Shown piece after piece: positions 59,200-64,000 of a stretch of DNA of 64,000 nucleotides (positions are counted from its first letter, which is position 1; every line of letters begins with the position of its first letter). The notes beneath the pieces are model-generated. The model was not told the origin of the DNA, searched no databases, and saw only the letters and a program-made list of their open reading frames with translations. Source of the stretch: Eutreptiella sp. 'Long Island Sound 2002' (lineage: Eukaryota > Protista > Euglenida); contig OZ038378.1 of NCBI GenBank assembly GCA_964036045.1, positions 129,580,001 to 129,644,000 of the forward strand. The letters are read 5' to 3'. The position numbers were made by a program, and so were the translations under genes.

Positions 59200-60000
59200 C
59201 GTCAAAACTAGCCTCAAAGAGCCTTTGCTACATGGGGGACTCCCCAAATACTGTTCTCGCCAGCCACAACCGCCTCAAATAGCCTCGCCTATATACGGAA
59301 GTCCCCAAATCCTGTCGCCGGCAATATTGGCCTCAAACAGCATCTCCAATATATGCAAATCTCAAAAATCCCTGTCTCGCGAGTGAGACTAGCCTGAATT
59401 AGCCCCTCTCATATACCCCTCTACTGAAGTCCCCAAATCCCCGGGGCGACATCAAAACTGGCCTCCGACAGCTTCCCGCATAAAGGGAAGTCCCCAAACC
59501 TGTTCTTGCCGTTAACACTTGCGTCAAGGAGCCTCTCCTATACAGGGAAGTCCCCTGTCCCCCAACCGCAATTTTGCCAGCGAGACTATTGTGAAACAGA
59601 CTCTGCTATATTGGGAAGTTGCCAAAGCCTAGTCTGACGAGATTCTCGTGAAACAACCTCCTATATCGGGAAGTCCACAAATCCCAGTCTCACCGGCCAG
59701 ACTGTCCTCAACCAGCCTCTGCTATGTGAGGAAATCCCCAAGCCCGGTTTCCCCGGTGAGACTATCCTCAAACAGCCTCTCCCAAACATATAGGTCTCCA
59801 AATCCTAATTTCGTCCGTAAAACCGGTCTCAAAGAGCCTCTCCCATGTAAGGATGTCCCCTAATCCCATTATCGGGGCAAGATTGTCCTCAAACAACCTC
59901 CCAAATATTTAGGTCTCTAAATCCTAATTTCGTCCGTAAGACTGGCCTAAAAGAGCCTCTCCTATGTAATGAAGTCCCCCAGTCCCAGATCTCGGCTAAT
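59200..60000 (+). repeat. Degenerate ~60-bp tandem array (~13 copies)
   Basis: agact(a/g)(g/t)cctcaaa(c/g)agcctc...gga(a)gtcccc recurs every ~59-60 bp (e.g. 59700, 59760, 59820, 59880, 59939). Confidence 0.8.
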
Positions 60001-63000
60001 CCCTGATACTAAGCCCACGTATCTAGTGAAGAGTGGGGACAACAATATAGGGGCTGTGGTGGAGGGGGGGCATCCCAGGGTGGGATTGGAACTCCCGAAC
60101 CGTCCCACCACTGAGAAGAAGTGGAAGCCCATTTAAAGAGAAGGTTGGAGTGGGCTCTTTGTAGTTTGCCAGCACACTTGTTAAGTGCAACTATGTCCAT
60201 ATGCATTGGGCAATGGGAGAGGGTAGTGGCGAAGTAGACAATGCGGACGTCAAACTTCTTCCGACCGTCATGGTAAGACATGATGGCCAACAAATAGACG
60301 ACCATTTTTGGCACGAGGATGAGGCGGATGGCCCGCAAGTCGGGGAGGGCTAGTTGGAGCTCTTTGACCCACAACCCTACACTCCCACACTACGGCGCCC
60401 GACACCACAACCTCCATACCACAGCCTAGACACCATAGCCCTACACACCACAACAGCCAACACAACACCCTCGCATACCACAGCCCTAGAAACCAGACCT
60501 CCACACACCACGGCCCCTAACACCACCACCCCCGATACCAAAGCTTTGGAAACCACCCCCCTCACCACAACTACGTGGCCAACCCCTTCTTCAAGAGGGC
60601 GCTTAACCTGTTCAGGGTGTGCATGTGCTTGTGCAAGAGGTGTGTGTGGGTTTTGAATGGCTTTATACACCCAACCACCTCACCTACCTGTAGGCCCCCC
60701 ATGTAGGTGGCCTCGTCGAGCGTGTTGGGCGGATGCGGAGGGATGGGAAGTGGGCGTGGGGGTGTCGGAGGCAGGGCCTAGCAAGCTACCAAGGTAAGAG
60801 AGCGACATGGTGGCAAGAGGCGGCTGGACAAGGTAACAAACAAACACCTTGGATGCCCCCCCTCTACTACATCCCCGATATCGTCGTCCCCACTCTTCAC
60901 CAGATATGTCAGCTTCATATTAGGGATTAGCCGATGTCCCTCCTTTCATCTCCTCCCAATACCGCTTGCGCACAGCTCCTCTTTCAAACAGCCACCCCCC
61001 GCTAGTATGCCACCTCTACCCGTACCAGTCTTTGCAACCGCCCGGCCCCCCATGGCCCTCAACTTGCTGCAGTACACAGTCCATAAGGACATCTTGTTGC
61101 CCTGGGACCGTACGATCACTTGGGCTAGGGCGGGGAAAAAGGGCGGTGGGGTGGGGGCGCAAAGCCGCCACCTTTAGGATGTGGTCTTCAACCACAACAA
61201 CGCCAAAGAGCAAAGGCATGACCCCACCCTCCCTGAAAAGTACTAGTCCAAGGTCATTCACAATATCGTTGTTCTTACAACGTGCACAAGCACACCTTTC
61301 AACATTAGTGGCAGTTTCTTGCTTAGTTATTGGCATCTCACAATATACATTTAGTTGGTGTTGTGGGCCATGCAACCGGTTTGATGCTAAGACCTATGAC
61401 AACGCGCGCGGATATGAAAGAAAAACAAGGGTGGTACAAACATGGGCACAAGTGCAGGTGCATTCGAAGAATGGGACCTCCAAGGTGCACTACAGTACTC
61501 CAGACCCCGAAACAACAGTTTTGAGGCATATCACCACCATATAACACAAGAAGTAGGCCATCACCTAGGTACACCCCTACGAGCCCAATCGCATTTAATA
61601 GAGGTTCCACTCACGTCGTTTGCACACAAATAAAAAAATGGTACAATGAACTCCAATTGACTCCGCAACAGACGGCTATAGATCATCAATACATGCCACA
61701 TTGAAATTAAATCTTGTGTCATAAACATCTTATTCATATCTAGGATTGCATACCTCGCAAAATCTAAACAAACCCAAAACAATGCAGTGAATACCAAAAC
61801 ATCCGCCTGCCAAGCGTGTGACATACAAATCCACTGCAACGCAAGAAGCCAGGCCTCCCTCCAAAAATGCAAAATGCCAAGGCCCATAGAACTCAGGCAA
61901 CGCACGCAAGAATGTCCCATTCACACAAGCAAGTCACACAACTATTTCATGCTAGCAAATTGAGACAACACTTCAAAATGCCAAATGTTCAAAGGTCGGA
62001 AGACCAAGTCAAGCCTTGCCAAACCTTACCCATTGAACCGTCTGCCTACTAGCTCCATAAGGTCTTTCCCGCATGGATCTAGGGGGTAGTTTGAACTGTG
62101 TCGCTCATTGGTCAAGAACATGACAATTGTGCTTCTTGGAATATTGCTGTCACTGTGCTGGAGACAAAGATGGTTTGGACACAATTTTTCAAATGTAGCT
62201 CGGCAATGGCAGCTTGCCCTAGCTTCTCTTATTACGAATCACATTACCGACACATACTTTAAGAAGGAGCACATTGTACAACCTGGTCGCGATCCGAAGA
62301 CATGTATGTATACGATGCTCATAAGTGAAATTCTAATCCAAAAGTCGTTGACCTGCGCATTTACTCGTTTGCGGCCTCCGTTTTAGTGTGTGCCTAACAT
62401 TGGTTCGTGAGCGGCTTACATCAGATCCCGGTGCTAAAGGGGAATTAACACGGGGTGCTAGCATTAGGGATGGGGGCGTCGGTAGTCCCATACGGCGTTG
62501 GGCTCTTGTAGTCCCCCAGCAAGACACTTGCATCTAGTAATTGCCCCGTTCATGCACGCTGGTTCGCGTGTCGGTAGAGTGAACGGCCCATGCATGTTGA
62601 CCACATAAAAAAGTCGAATTAACATGGCATGTGCTCCATTGAGAAAAAATAGCCAAAAATGAGCGAGCCGGTTCCTTGAGAAGTAAATTTTGGCGTTTCT
62701 CGTTGTAAATTCCTAAAATTTGTTACCAATGTATCAGATCTTGTGTCTTCACATGGCTAAGACAAGGCACCATTTTGAAGACACTTGGATAAAGTTCGAG
62801 GAACACATGGGACCACAATGAGGAAAGGTGACTGTGCCCAATTGCATCGCAATTATTGCATGTCCTCAACTGCCGGTGGTAATGTGCCTTCCAGCAACTA
62901 AGGTGTACAATGGGCATGAAGAAATGGGATGTTGAATGCCCATGTGTACACAAGAACAAAAGAAAAGGCAGTTTGCACACCTATCAATGGTTGCTACTCA

Positions 63001-63434
63001 AAAAATACACACTACTACATGCCAAATGCGCGCTGAATACTACACGACTGAAGAGCATGGGGGCCTCGGGCCAATCATATCACAAATGAGACATATTGTT
63101 CCTCAAAAGATATACCGACCCTAAATATACTGTGCATACGTGGTGAACACCTAGGGGAAGGAAGGGACAAGGGGATGGAGGTAGTCAAAGGGTACAATGC
63201 ACTTGTCCCTTTGATACTGTCCCCAACAAATGAGTTGTGTAAGAGTACTTGGCACGAGCTGCAGACCATGGTTGCACCACATGCTTCTACCAACAGCAAC
63301 TTCCACCAGCCAGCAAACCAGATTACATACTGTGCACACCACCTTAGTGTAAAAATAGCCTGCCCTAGCTGGTACTTCACCAAATATATGACGTCCAAGT
63401 GAAGCTACAGCTTGTAGGCTCCCTCCTATGAATG

Positions 63435-63525
63435 TGCTGTGTTGTGTTGTGTTGTGCTGTCTTTTGCAGTGTTCTTGTGGTGGTGGCATGCTATGTGGTG
63501 TGGTGTGTTGTGTTGTGATGCGTTG
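63435..63525 (+). repeat. (TGTGT)n-like microsatellite
   Basis: gtgttgtgttgtgttgtg and related pentamers. Confidence 0.7.
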
Positions 63526-64000
63526 TGTTGCGGGGACAACCATCAACATCAATTTGTGATGTGTTACATGCATGTCACAGCTGGCGCAAGCTGCTTTAGA
63601 TACAATGCATCCAATATAATGGCAAAACAGCATGTATGTCGAATCGCACAGCAATAGGATTTGTACTTGGCCCCATATGCATTCCACCAAAACATCATGC
63701 ACATGAGCCATCTAGTTGGCCCCACCTGCTCTCTTAAAAACGTAGTGTTGAAGGTAGGATTAGGTCCAGAGCAGCGTCGTCCATAGCATTTTCCTCCGAA
63801 CTACAAATGATAGCCAAAAATTGACATTAAGCAGCTAGGCACAACTTATTGGGTATGAAAACAACCTTGGAACATAGAGCAAACAATGCGACACAAAAGC
63901 AGCCGTTACAGTTTACAGGAGAGGACCTATGCAGAGTGACATGGGTGTACAAAGGAAAAAACGCCATTAGATAATCGAGGAATTTGTCAGGGTGACAAAT

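Noticed and set aside
60268-60670. Thr/Pro-rich ORF (mucin-like) and its Val-rich antisense ORF
   Set aside because: This is low-complexity (ACC/CAC-rich) sequence with no start context or splice support.

Overview
Eukaryotic, transposon-dense DNA. It is probably from a protist; a euglenozoan host is my inference and is not proven. One host gene is visible: a eukaryotic FtsX/MacB-type ABC3 permease on the + strand. Four exons are in the window (29402-30199, 30398-30649, 54510-54905, 55192-55356), joined by phase-0 GT-AG introns, one of them 23,860 bp. The rest is nested mobile elements and tandem repeats. (1) 1-6.6 kb: a decayed hAT-type transposase region preceded by 2OG-Fe(II) dioxygenase and USP (C19) protease domains. 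(2) Three Penelope-like (PLE) RT ORFs of the N-terminal GIY-YIG (Naiad/Chlamys-type) lineage, all with R[YF]xDN in place of YxDD. (3) A Mutator-type element with Ulp1 and SAP domains, CAGTG termini and a 5-bp TSD. (4) Two TA-flanked poly-C MITEs sharing a conserved peptide. (5) An APE-type LINE in a (CA)n tract that starts with an HDV-like ribozyme fold. (6) A P-like MITE. The most striking structure spans 12.8-29.1 kb. Removing two nested insertions restores a frameshift-free 991-codon ORF: a GIY-YIG endonuclease fused to an RT that lacks motifs A and B. A hairpin and leader repeat follow it, and then a paralogous RT that keeps its catalytic motifs but has no endonuclease. This may be a split, complementary PLE system. 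All alignments and folds were done by eye.
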